DNA of 64,000 nucleotides from an uncultured Anaerolineae bacterium (GTDB lineage Bacteria > Chloroflexota > Anaerolineae > VGOG01), in assembly GCA_964510205.1 (NCBI GenBank), contig CAZEBW010000004.1, forward strand, positions 3,638-67,637, read 5' to 3'. Shown piece by piece: positions 1 to 10,311 of the stretch (positions are counted from its first letter, which is position 1; every line of letters starts with the position of its first letter). The notes beneath the pieces are model-generated. The model saw only the letters and a program-made list of their open reading frames with translations, did no database searches and was not told the origin of the DNA. The translations under genes were made by a program, and so were the position numbers.

Positions 1-894
1 GCGGGGGAGGCCGTGGTGCCGCTGCGCACCCAACTGCCGGTGGACAGGCACGAGGGCGTGACTCTGTTCATGCCCGCCTATCTTTCGGACAGCGATGACC
101 TGGGAGTCAAGATCGTCTCTGTCTTCCCCCGCAATCTGGACAAGCGTCTTCCTACCATCTTCGCCTTGGTGATCGTGGTGGAGGCCGCTACCGGCCGGCC
201 GCTGGCGGCGATGGACGGCGCTTATCTGACCGCCCTGCGCACGGGCGCGGCTTCGGGGGCGGCTACCGACCTGTTGGCCAGGGAGGACGCCGGGGCAGCG
301 GCCATCTTCGGGGCGGGAGCGCAGGGGCGCACCCAGCTTCTGGCCGTTTGCGAGGCGCGGGACATCGAAACAGCCTGGGTGTACGACGTCAACCTCCAGG
401 CGGCGGAGAAATACGCCCAGGAAATGGCGGGAAAGGGGAGGGTTCCCGCTGATGTCCGGGTCGCCTCCTCCCCAGCGGAAGCGGTCCGCGAGGCCGATGT
501 CATCTGCGCGGCCACCACTTCCAGCACGCCCGTCTTCGCCGACGGCGACCTCAAGCCCGGCGCCCACATCAACGCCGTGGGGTCTTTCACGCCGCAGATG
601 CAGGAGGTGCCGGAGCAGACGGTCGCCAGGGCCAGGCTGGTGGTAGGCTCGCGGGAGGGATGCCTGGCCGAGACGGGCGACCTGATCATCCCCATCCAGA
701 AGGGCCTGATCACCGAACACGATATCTACGCCGAGCTGGGGGAAATCGCTGCGGGGCTCAAGCCGGGGCGCGACCATGCCGACCAGATCACGCTCTTCAA
801 GTCGGTGGGCAATGCTGTGCAGGACGTGTCGGTGGCCCGCGCGGTGCTGACGCAGGCCGAGGCGCTGGGGCTAGGTATTGAGGTGGAACTGTGA
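1..894 (+). CDS. Ornithine cyclodeaminase / mu-crystallin family protein (5' end runs off the window)
   Basis: Track ORF 13..894 starts at an internal GTG and the frame stays open to base 1. It has a Rossmann GAGAQG motif and the DGAYLTALRTGAASG and INAVGS blocks typical of the OCD/mu-crystallin family. Confidence 0.8.
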   Translation, partial: AGEAVVPLRTQLPVDRHEGVTLFMPAYLSDSDDLGVKIVSVFPRNLDKRLPTIFALVIVVEAATGRPLAAMDGAYLTALRTGAASGAATDLLAREDAGAAAIFGAGAQGRTQLLAVCEARDIETAWVYDVNLQAAEKYAQEMAGKGRVPADVRVASSPAEAVREADVICAATTSSTPVFADGDLKPGAHINAVGSFTPQMQEVPEQTVARARLVVGSREGCLAETGDLIIPIQKGLITEHDIYAELGEIAAGLKPGRDHADQITLFKSVGNAVQDVSVARAVLTQAEALGLGIEVEL

Positions 895-901
895 GGCGCG
901 C

Positions 902-1711
902 TCAAGAGGCGAATTTGAGGAGCAGCGCCAGGCCGATCAGCCCCACCGCAGCGAACTCGATGACAATCCGCCGATTGAGGGCCTCCAGCAACCCCTGGCG
1001 GGCGAGGCCAGTGGTCAGGTAGAAGACGAGCAGCAGCAGGATGCCAGCGGTCAAGCTGTGCATCTGCAAGTGGCTCAAGGCCCAGAGGATTTCCCCCATG
1101 ACCAGGCCCACGATCAGCGCGTAGAGACCGCTTCGCCGCAGGCCCTGCTCGGTGCTGTGCAGCAGAGTGAGAGCCAACAGGCTGCTCCCGACCATCGCTG
1201 CCACCGACGAGAGCAGCGGGCGGTCCGCGCCCTCGTGGATGAGCGTGAAAAGAACGAGGGCCATGAGATAGGCGATGAAGTTCAGGCCCAAGTGAGTGAC
1301 GTTGTGGAACGAGGCGGTAGGATCAACGGAACGATACTCAGCGGAGATGATCAATGGAAGAACGATTCCCATCGCGGCCAGACCGCCCAGAGTGTAGATT
1401 GCATTTGGAGCCTTGGGCAGCAGAATCGCGGCCAGCAGCGTGGCCAGGCTGGGTAGGATGCAGGGAACGAAGGTGTGTTTGGACAGGGGATGGAGGCGCA
1501 TGATGGATGCGGCGCCGCTGTAGGCCAGGCCGGTCAGCAGCGCCGCCGTCAGCCAGTGCGCCAGTTCCCTGGCCGCGGAGAGTCGGATCGTCACAGGGAT
1601 GCTCAGCACGGCGAAGCCGAAAGTCCTCTGCGGCAAGACGACGAACAGCGAGAGGGCCAAACAGAGCAGTATCACACTTACCACCACGCTGAGCTTGTCG
1701 TAGTTGGGCAT
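902..1711 (-). CDS. Polytopic membrane protein, function unknown
   Basis: A 269-aa ORF that is almost entirely hydrophobic helices. No recognisable catalytic motif. Confidence 0.55.
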   Translation of the reverse strand: MPNYDKLSVVVSVILLCLALSLFVVLPQRTFGFAVLSIPVTIRLSAARELAHWLTAALLTGLAYSGAASIMRLHPLSKHTFVPCILPSLATLLAAILLPKAPNAIYTLGGLAAMGIVLPLIISAEYRSVDPTASFHNVTHLGLNFIAYLMALVLFTLIHEGADRPLLSSVAAMVGSSLLALTLLHSTEQGLRRSGLYALIVGLVMGEILWALSHLQMHSLTAGILLLLVFYLTTGLARQGLLEALNRRIVIEFAAVGLIGLALLLKFAS

Positions 1712-1756
1712 AGGCTCATTCTACAACTACCCCTCGTTTTTGTCAAACAGTTCTCT

Positions 1757-1832
1757 GGGGTCAGGGAATCAGGGAATCGGGGAATCGGGGAGCTGATTCT
1801 GATCCCTGATCACTGATTCCTGATTCCCTGGT
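1757..1832. repeat. Heptamer tandem array GGGAATC followed by its reverse complement (foldback-capable)
   Basis: The sequence tcagggaatcagggaatcggggaatcgggga is followed by ctgattctgatccctgatcactgattcctgattccctg. It lies between divergent genes. Confidence 0.8.
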
Positions 1833-1839
1833 CACTTGA

Positions 1840-3929
<2,090 letters not shown>

Positions 3930-3930
<1 letters not shown>

Positions 3931-3963
3931 AACGGATTGGAGGAAGGAAATCCGTTCTTTTCT
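3930..3963 (+). terminator. Rho-independent terminator after ligA
   Basis: Stem gaacggatt / aatccgttc followed by ttttctt. Confidence 0.6.
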
Positions 3964-3995
3964 TAATCTGTTGTAGTGTTGTTGCGAGGAATGCC

Positions 3996-5183
3996 ATGCC
4001 ACAAGTCGTCCTGAAACGAGGCCGTGAAAAACCTATCCTGAATCGTCACCCCTGGATCTTCTCCGGGGCCATCCAGCGCGTCGAGGGGGAGTGTGATGAC
4101 GGGGATGTGGTGGAGGTGGCCGACCAGCGGGGGCGCTTCCTGGCGCGAGGCTACCTAAACCGCCGCTCTCAGATCGCGGTGCGTCTCCTCACCTGGGATG
4201 AGGACGAGGTCATCGGGACGGACTTCTGGCGGCGTCGGCTGGAGCGGGCCTTCGCCAGCCGGCAGGCCCTGGCCGCTGATCCCTCCACCGACGCCTACCG
4301 CCTGGTCAACGCCGAGTCCGACCTACTGCCCGGCCTGGTTCTCGATCGCTACGGCGATTACCTGGTGGCCCAGTTTCTAACGCTGGGAATCGAGCGGTGG
4401 AAGGCCGAACTGGTTGGCCTGGCGGCTGATCTGCTGCAGCCCAGGGGCGTCTACGAGCGGAGTGACGCGGAGGTGCGGGAGAAAGAGGGATTGGCTGCGG
4501 TCAGCGGCCTGCTGCACGGCGAGCAGCCGCCGGACCTGGTGGACATAATGGAGAACGGCCACCGTTTCTGGGTGGACATAAAGGCGGGGCACAAAACCGG
4601 CTTCTATCTCGACCAGCGGGAGAACCGTGCCAAGCTGACCAGGTACTGTGCGGGCAAAGCGGTGCTCAACGGCTTCGCCTACACGGGGGCTTTCGCCGTC
4701 TACGCCGCTGCGGCGGGGGCGGGGCGCATCACCAATGTGGAATCCTCGGCCGAGGCCCTGGCGCTGGCCCGGCGCAACATGGCCCTCAACGGTTTCGCCG
4801 ACCGCGACGACGGGTACATTGAGGGGGACGTTTTTCAGGTGCTGCGGGGGTATCGCGATCAGGGGCGGACCTTTGAACTGGTCATCCTCGATCCGCCGAA
4901 GTTCGCCCACTCCAAGGCCCAGGTGCAGTCAGCCTGCCGGGGCTACAAGGACATCAACTTGCTGGCCATGCAGCTCCTGGCCCCCGGCGGCGTCCTGGCC
5001 ACCTTCTCTTGCTCAGGCCGGGTGAGCGCCGATCTCTTCCAGAAGGTGCTCTTCGGGGCCAGCGTGGACGCCGCCCGCGATGTGCAGATCATCGAGAAGC
5101 TGTCCCAGTCCTCCGATCACGCCATCCTGCTCACCTTCCCTGAGTCGGAGTACCTGAAGGGGTTTGTGTGTCGGGTGTTTTGA
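3996..5183 (+). CDS. rlmI: Class I SAM-dependent rRNA methyltransferase, RlmI/YccW-like (PUA + MTase)
   Basis: N-terminal PUA-like region, then a SAM methyltransferase core (LNGFAYTGAF, ILDPPKF). GAGGA RBS lies 6 nt upstream of the ATG. Confidence 0.8.
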   Translation: MPQVVLKRGREKPILNRHPWIFSGAIQRVEGECDDGDVVEVADQRGRFLARGYLNRRSQIAVRLLTWDEDEVIGTDFWRRRLERAFASRQALAADPSTDAYRLVNAESDLLPGLVLDRYGDYLVAQFLTLGIERWKAELVGLAADLLQPRGVYERSDAEVREKEGLAAVSGLLHGEQPPDLVDIMENGHRFWVDIKAGHKTGFYLDQRENRAKLTRYCAGKAVLNGFAYTGAFAVYAAAAGAGRITNVESSAEALALARRNMALNGFADRDDGYIEGDVFQVLRGYRDQGRTFELVILDPPKFAHSKAQVQSACRGYKDINLLAMQLLAPGGVLATFSCSGRVSADLFQKVLFGASVDAARDVQIIEKLSQSSDHAILLTFPESEYLKGFVCRVF

Positions 5184-6229
5184 AATGCGGTGACCGCGCC
5201 CTGCTGTCCCACCTCACCCTCTATCTCAAACGCTACATCTAAGAACTGTTCTACCACCCAGATATTGGTCAGCAAGTGCTGGGTGATCTCGCAGGTGGTG
5301 AAAGCTGACGGGCCAGAGGCTAGGGCCAGGGGCAGAATCAACTGATCGGCCAGGTACTTGCCCAGGCAGGCGCCGCTTTGGTGGTAGGCCATGAACTCGC
5401 GGCAGGCATCCTCGGCCACTTTCTCGGCAGGCTTGCCGCGCTTTCCCAAAGAGGAGAAGCCGGCCACTGCATTCTCGTACTCCGCCGCGAGAAAGAGGAC
5501 GGTGCCTTTGCCTGGCGAGGGCGCGTCCACGATCTCTACCTGCGGCTCGAAACCGCGCTCTCGCAGATATCCCTCCGCGCGCTTCTGCTGCCTCTGTCCG
5601 ATGTGGGCGGGCAGGTTGGAGGCCGCGGAGACGCCCCACAGGCGCTTCAGTTCGCCCCGCTGGGTCAAATCCAGGCCCGAAAGTTCGCTCTCTCCTCGGC
5701 CCTGGATTGCCACCGTCATCTCCCCTCCGCCTATGGGATACCAGCCCCACTTCTCGACCTCGGCTTTAGCTTCCAGGCCCGTGCGGGCCAGGGTGGGCAG
5801 GTAGACGTGTTTGAGGTAGTGAAAAGAGGGGCTCCAGGCCACGTGGGTGCCGCCGCGTACGGTCAGGCGGGATGAGCCGGAGGCGAAGGCCAGGGGCAGC
5901 AGCAGGGTTTGGGCGACCAGACTGGTTGCGCCCGCGCTTCCGCCCTTGCGGGCCTCGGCCACGTCGAATAAATACTGCCCAGCGCGAGGCGACGACCGAG
6001 GCTTGAAAGTCAGCTCCAGGGAGCCCAGGCTGGCGCCTTCTAGCTCGGCCTGGCAGACTTGAGCTGTGGCCCGGACCCCGGTGAGGTGTTGGGCTTGCAG
6101 GCCGGGCCTGCGGCGCTGAGCGCGGACGTTCTCGATGCGTGTGGGTTGGCCCAGGATCGCGGATAGGGTCAGGGAAGTGCGCAGCACCTGCCCGCCTCCC
6201 TCGCCATAAGAGCCATTGATGACGATCAT
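5117..6229 (-). CDS. rtcA: RNA 3'-terminal phosphate cyclase RtcA
   Basis: N-terminus MIVINGSYGEGGGQVLRTSLTLSAI and collinear RtcA-like sequence. Start placed at ATG 6229 (GGAGGA RBS) rather than the track start 6301. The 3' end overlaps convergent rlmI by 67 nt. Confidence 0.85.
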   Translation of the reverse strand: MIVINGSYGEGGGQVLRTSLTLSAILGQPTRIENVRAQRRRPGLQAQHLTGVRATAQVCQAELEGASLGSLELTFKPRSSPRAGQYLFDVAEARKGGSAGATSLVAQTLLLPLAFASGSSRLTVRGGTHVAWSPSFHYLKHVYLPTLARTGLEAKAEVEKWGWYPIGGGEMTVAIQGRGESELSGLDLTQRGELKRLWGVSAASNLPAHIGQRQQKRAEGYLRERGFEPQVEIVDAPSPGKGTVLFLAAEYENAVAGFSSLGKRGKPAEKVAEDACREFMAYHQSGACLGKYLADQLILPLALASGPSAFTTCEITQHLLTNIWVVEQFLDVAFEIEGEVGQQGAVTAFQNTRHTNPFRYSDSGKVSRMA

Positions 6230-6383
6230 CGTTCCTCCTTCTTCCCTCAGTGGCAGATGCAAATACCATACCACATTGTCCCCAAAAGTCAAATGGGTCA
6301 TTTTTCGCCTGGCAAAAACGCTCAGCCATTGGCCATCTCTCCAACGTGTATTTCAATTTGGGGGCAAGACCGAGAGACAGCGT

Positions 6384-6478
6384 CATGTGTCATTGCGAGG
6401 AGCGGAGCGACGAAGCAATCCCCTACGCACATTGGAGATTGCTTCGGGCGCACACACCGCGCCCTCGCAATGACATTT
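6384..6478. repeat. Palindromic (MITE/REP-like) element, copy 1
   Basis: Terminal inverted repeats tgtcattgcgag / ctcgcaatgaca with an inner stem gaagcaatc / gattgcttc. A near-identical left half recurs at 42154-42240. Confidence 0.75.
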
Positions 6479-6516
6479 GCCCTAGAACTGAAACGCACAT
6501 CTCTCCAAATCGCTTT

Positions 6517-6545
6517 TTGCGTTGAATCCGACTATCGTGTATAAT
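6517..6545 (+). promoter_or_regulatory. Putative sigma-70 promoter for the Flp pilin gene
   Basis: TTGCGT (6517-6522), 17-nt spacer, TATAAT (6540-6545), about 40 nt upstream of the start codon. Confidence 0.4.
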
Positions 6546-6586
6546 AAGGCAGTGTGTCCTTTACCACCTGAAGAGGAGGTCAATAA

Positions 6587-6739
6587 GTGATACCATTTCT
6601 GTCACGTGAAGAAGGACAGGGGCTCATTGAGTATGCCCTGATCATCGTCTTGGTAGCCATAGTCGTCACTGCCATCTTGCTGTTGCTGTGGGACAAGATA
6701 TACGTCTTGCTGAACCAGTTTATCAACTTCATTAGCTGA
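6587..6739 (+). CDS. flp: Flp/Fap-family type IVb (Tad) pilin, 50 aa (absent from the ORF track, below its size cut-off)
   Basis: GTG start with a GAGGAGG RBS 7 nt upstream. Translation is VIPFLSREEGQGLIEYALIIVLVAIVVTAILLLLWDKIYVLLNQFINFIS. The G/LIEYAL motif plus a hydrophobic helix is the Flp signature. Confidence 0.7.
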   Translation: MIPFLSREEGQGLIEYALIIVLVAIVVTAILLLLWDKIYVLLNQFINFIS

Positions 6740-6923
6740 CTCGTCGTCTTCGTGCACTCGACCTGACATTTGCCGTGTTTTTTCTTGCTTCAGTGGATCC
6801 AGATTCTGAGCAGAGCGGACCTTCGCGCCATTCGGCTGCGTGCGCTCAGGCCCGTGCTGATCCGGCCGCAATGACAGGCATGGGGGCCGCCTCTGCTGGA
6901 AATCCTGGCAGGCCAGGGGAAAC

Positions 6924-7628
6924 TTGACCGCTTTAGATTTGGTGCAGGGAATCAAAAGAGGTCTCCTGGATTTGCTGTTCCCCCCTCGCTGTGCGAGCTG
7001 TCGAGAGGTGGGGAGTTTGCTCTGTGCCAAGTGCCTCGATGAGTTCGAGTTGATTGAACCGCCCCTCTGCCCCCGCTGTGGTCGCCCCAGGTCCAACGGT
7101 CGCCTTTGCCCCCTTTGCCAACGCGGCCCGCTGCGAATAGACGGTGTTCGTGCTGTGGCCTATTTTGATGGAACCTTGCGCGATACCATTCACCGCTTCA
7201 AGTACTCAAACCTGCGGGATCTGGCCATCCCCTTGGGCAAGCTGATGGGCGACTATTGGGAGAAGAGCCCCCTTCCGGCTGACATCATTGCCCCCGTGCC
7301 CTTGCATCCAGCCCGACTGCGTGAGCGCGGCTACAATCAGGCGGCGCTCCTGGCCAGAGAGTTGGGGAAAAGCATCGGGTTGCCGGTCGTAGAGCACAGC
7401 TTGGTGCGCGTGCGGGCCACTCGCCCCCAGGTGGAGTTGGGTGCGCTGGAGCGCAAGGAGAACGTTCAGGACGCTTTTCGCTGCCCGAACGCCGAGCTGG
7501 GGGGCAAGCGAATCCTGTTGATTGACGACGTGTGCACCACCGGCGCCACGTTGGAGGCTTGCAGCATCGCCTTGCAGCAGGTCGGCGCTCGTTCCGTTTG
7601 GGCCTTCACCTTAGCCAGGGCCAGATGA
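6924..7628 (+). CDS. comF: ComF family protein (zinc ribbon + phosphoribosyltransferase fold)
   Basis: N-terminal CxxC pairs (CASC..CAKC, CPRCG..CPLC) and a C-terminal PRTase motif ILLIDDVCTTGAT. Confidence 0.8.
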   Translation: MTALDLVQGIKRGLLDLLFPPRCASCREVGSLLCAKCLDEFELIEPPLCPRCGRPRSNGRLCPLCQRGPLRIDGVRAVAYFDGTLRDTIHRFKYSNLRDLAIPLGKLMGDYWEKSPLPADIIAPVPLHPARLRERGYNQAALLARELGKSIGLPVVEHSLVRVRATRPQVELGALERKENVQDAFRCPNAELGGKRILLIDDVCTTGATLEACSIALQQVGARSVWAFTLARAR

Positions 7629-7742
7629 GCAGTGATCTGAAACGGCTTGCCTCATGCTGGCGGCGGATGATAAATCGCCAGTTCCAGGGCGGGCTGAGGC
7701 CGATGGTAGGACGCAAAACCGATTAAGGAAAGGAGATGTCAA

Positions 7743-8288
7743 ATGCAGTTGATCATCCAGGGTAAGAACATTGACGTGACCGATCGCTTGGAGGAGTACA
7801 TTGAGAAGAAAGTGGGCAAGCTGGACCGCTATCTGCCCACCATAAGCGAGGCGCGGGTAGAGCTGGCTGTTGAGGACACCAAGAGCGCTAAGGATCGCCA
7901 GGTAGCGCAGTTGACCGTGCGGAGCAAGGGCACATTTTTGCGGGCCGAAGAGAGAACTGCTGATATGTTCTCCTCGATTGACGTTGTTACGGACAAGATG
8001 TACCGCCAGATCGTTCGCTACAAGGGCAAACGCTATGGCCGAGGTCGCGGGCCAGGTGAGATGCCGCCAGTGGAGGACTTCGCATTTGAAGAGGAAGAAG
8101 AATCGTCTCGCATCGTCAGAACCAAGCGTTTCCAGTTGGCTCCCATGGATGCAGAAGAGGCCATCGAGCAAATGGAGCTTCTGGGCCACGACTTCTTCCT
8201 GTTCTTCAATGTTTACAACAATGCCATAAACGTCGTCTATCGGCGTAAGGATGGCAACTACGGGCTGCTTGAGCCGGAGCTGGCGTAG
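7743..8288 (+). CDS. hpf: Ribosome hibernation promoting factor, long form
   Basis: MQLIIQGKNIDVTDRLEEYIEKKVGKLDRY N-terminal S30AE domain plus a C-terminal dimerisation domain. Confidence 0.9.
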   Translation: MQLIIQGKNIDVTDRLEEYIEKKVGKLDRYLPTISEARVELAVEDTKSAKDRQVAQLTVRSKGTFLRAEERTADMFSSIDVVTDKMYRQIVRYKGKRYGRGRGPGEMPPVEDFAFEEEEESSRIVRTKRFQLAPMDAEEAIEQMELLGHDFFLFFNVYNNAINVVYRRKDGNYGLLEPELA

Positions 8289-8325
8289 AGACGAAACTGT
8301 CGGCGCTCAAAAGGAAAGTCAGCAA

Positions 8326-8787
8326 ATGAAGACCATACTTATCGTCTGCACGGGCAACATCTGCCGTTCACCTATGGCCATGGGGCTGCTGCGGGACAAG
8401 CTGCGGGAGGAGGGATTAGAGGACCAGTACGCGGTATCGTCGGCGGGCGTGTGGGGGCTGGATAGCCAACCGCCTTCCGCGTACGCCATTCAGATGATGG
8501 CGGAGCGAGGTATTGACATCAGCGATCACCGCAGCCGCGACCTCAGCTCGGCGGATGTGGAGGAGGCCGACCTCATTTTGACCATGGAGCGCGGGCAGGC
8601 CGAGGCCATCCGGGTGGAGTTCCCTCAACACGCTCACAAAGTTCATTTGCTGAGCCAGATGGCCGGGCGGCACTACGACGTCCGCGATCCCTACGGCGAC
8701 CCTTTGCCCGAATACCGCCAATGCGCCAACGAGATCGAAAGGTTGATCGGGGAGGGCTATCCGCGCATCATGCAGTTGGTGGGCTGA
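8326..8787 (+). CDS. Low-molecular-weight protein tyrosine phosphatase
   Basis: CTGNICRS P-loop (C-X5-R-S) and a downstream DPYG motif. Start placed at MKTILIVCTGN. Confidence 0.85.
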   Translation: MKTILIVCTGNICRSPMAMGLLRDKLREEGLEDQYAVSSAGVWGLDSQPPSAYAIQMMAERGIDISDHRSRDLSSADVEEADLILTMERGQAEAIRVEFPQHAHKVHLLSQMAGRHYDVRDPYGDPLPEYRQCANEIERLIGEGYPRIMQLVG

Positions 8788-8797
8788 GTGCAGCCGA

Positions 8798-8904
8798 AAT
8801 CCAAAAGAGTGTGGCTAAAATCTGTGGAAGGTAGTAGCGACTTCAGTCGCTTGGAACGACTAAAGTCGTCACTACCACAAGTTTTAGCCACACCCAATCC
8901 AAAA
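8798..8904. mobile_element. MITE-like hairpin element with flanking 9-bp direct repeat
   Basis: 12-bp terminal inverted repeats gtgtggctaaaa (8809-8820) and ttttagccacac (8882-8893), with an internal stem tagtagcgacttcagtcg / cgactaaagtcgtcactac. AATCCAAAA lies 2 nt outside both ends (8798-8806 and 8896-8904). Confidence 0.45.
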
Positions 8905-8906
8905 AG

Positions 8907-8937
8907 GGGAGACCGCCGGCGGTCTCCCCTTTTCTCA
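8907..8937. terminator. Bidirectional rho-independent terminator between convergent genes
   Basis: Perfect stem ggggagaccgcc / ggcggtctcccc, flanked by an A-tract upstream and a T-tract downstream. Confidence 0.7.
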
Positions 8938-8950
8938 TTCTCTTCAGTCG

Positions 8951-9466
8951 TCACCATCCCTCTATGAACTGCTGCCAGTCGGCGTTTTCTTTGACGTAAC
9001 GGCCAAAGAGGTAGGTACTCGTGGCAGCGGGTTCGTAAGGGCGCCGCAGCAACTGCATGTGGGCCTCTTGGAGCGTTCGTCCGCCCTTTCGATGGTTGCA
9101 GTCCGGGCACGCGCTCACCAGGTTCTCCCACTCGTGCTGTCCCCCATTGTGACGTGGGTTGACGTGATCCACGGTCAGGTTTTTGGTCTGTTTCCCGCAG
9201 TATTGGCAGGTGTAGTTGTCTCGCCGGAAGATCTCTTTTTTGGTGAGCTTGACCCGGGGGCGAGGCCGCTTGATCAGGCAGGCCAGCTTGATCACCGAAG
9301 GGCACTGGAAAGTGGTGGAAGGGGTGCGGATGACGCCCCGGCTGTTCTCCAGGACGTCGGCCTTGCCCACCACGACCAGGGTGATGGCCCTCTTGACGCT
9401 GCAAACATTCAGAGGTTCGTAATTTAGGTTAAGCACGAGAACAGGATAATCTAGCAAGCCTCTCAA
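8951..9466 (-). CDS. HNH endonuclease
   Basis: CQYCG...DHVNPRHNGG...N...CPDCNHRKG HNH/zinc motif. Confidence 0.85.
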   Translation of the reverse strand: MRGLLDYPVLVLNLNYEPLNVCSVKRAITLVVVGKADVLENSRGVIRTPSTTFQCPSVIKLACLIKRPRPRVKLTKKEIFRRDNYTCQYCGKQTKNLTVDHVNPRHNGGQHEWENLVSACPDCNHRKGGRTLQEAHMQLLRRPYEPAATSTYLFGRYVKENADWQQFIEGW

Positions 9467-9524
9467 CGATGCCTCCTCTGGCTTTTCGATCCAGTACCGA
9501 TTATAACACGACCTGGCGATTAGG

Positions 9525-10298
9525 TCAAGCTTGCCCTTGCCACAGCCGCCTCAGGCGCAGGTACATCACCAGATTGTAATAAGCCATCAACAGGCTTAGG
9601 AGTAATCCGTGGAAGCCGTCCTTGTAGCCCTCCAGCGAGACGTAGCGCCGCTTGAACTCCCGGAGGGGCTGCAGGATGAAGTTATGCGGCTTGGGCCGGA
9701 CGCCTTGCTCAAACATGATCTTGGCTTCGTAGTCAGTGTAGCGGTTCTGCCTCTGGATGAATTGAGCCAGGGTGTCGTAGTTGTAGTGGATCAGGGGATG
9801 TTCCAGATGCCCCGCTTCGCCGTCCAGGATGACGACCTCGTGGACCTCCCGCTGGGGATCGTAGCGGGCTTGGCCCTGCCGCAGGAGGCGCAGTTGATAG
9901 TCGGGATACCAGCCGGCGTGGCGGATCACGCGGCCGAAGATGTAGTTGTGGCGCGGCGCCCACCAGCCCGACCGCGATTCGTCCTGGATGGCGCGGCGTA
10001 TCTCGGCCGCCAGCTCCGGTGTAGCGCGTTCGTCGGCGTCCACGAAAAACACCCAATCGCTGTCCACGGCATCCAGGGCGGCGTTGCGCTGCTGGGCGAA
10101 ATTCTGAAACGGGTGCTGGAGCACCGTCGCCCCCGCCTCTCGTGCCACCGCCACCGTGCCGTCCTGGCTGAACGAGTCGAAGACCACCACCTCGTCGGCC
10201 CATTTCACGCTGGCGATGCAGTCGGCGATGTTCTTCTCCTCGTCCTTGGTGAGAATGATGACACTCAGCTTCGACCGAGATTGGCTATTTGTCCTCAA
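9525..10298 (-). CDS. Glycosyltransferase family 2
   Basis: LSVIILTKDEEKNI...VVVFDSFSQDGT...FFVDADE (DxD) pattern. Confidence 0.85.
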   Translation of the reverse strand: MRTNSQSRSKLSVIILTKDEEKNIADCIASVKWADEVVVFDSFSQDGTVAVAREAGATVLQHPFQNFAQQRNAALDAVDSDWVFFVDADERATPELAAEIRRAIQDESRSGWWAPRHNYIFGRVIRHAGWYPDYQLRLLRQGQARYDPQREVHEVVILDGEAGHLEHPLIHYNYDTLAQFIQRQNRYTDYEAKIMFEQGVRPKPHNFILQPLREFKRRYVSLEGYKDGFHGLLLSLLMAYYNLVMYLRLRRLWQGQA

Positions 10299-10311
10299 GC
10301 AATCACTCCCT

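Noticed and set aside
5117-5183. The 67-nt convergent overlap of rlmI and rtcA as evidence of mis-annotation
   Set aside because: Both C-termini continue with family-like sequence up to their stops. The overlap is plausible in compact genomes, so both calls were kept.
6602-7096. 164-aa minus-strand ORF
   Set aside because: It overlaps both the Flp pilin gene and the comF 5' end. It has a Gln/Arg/Ser-rich composition, no RBS and no motif, so it is a shadow ORF.
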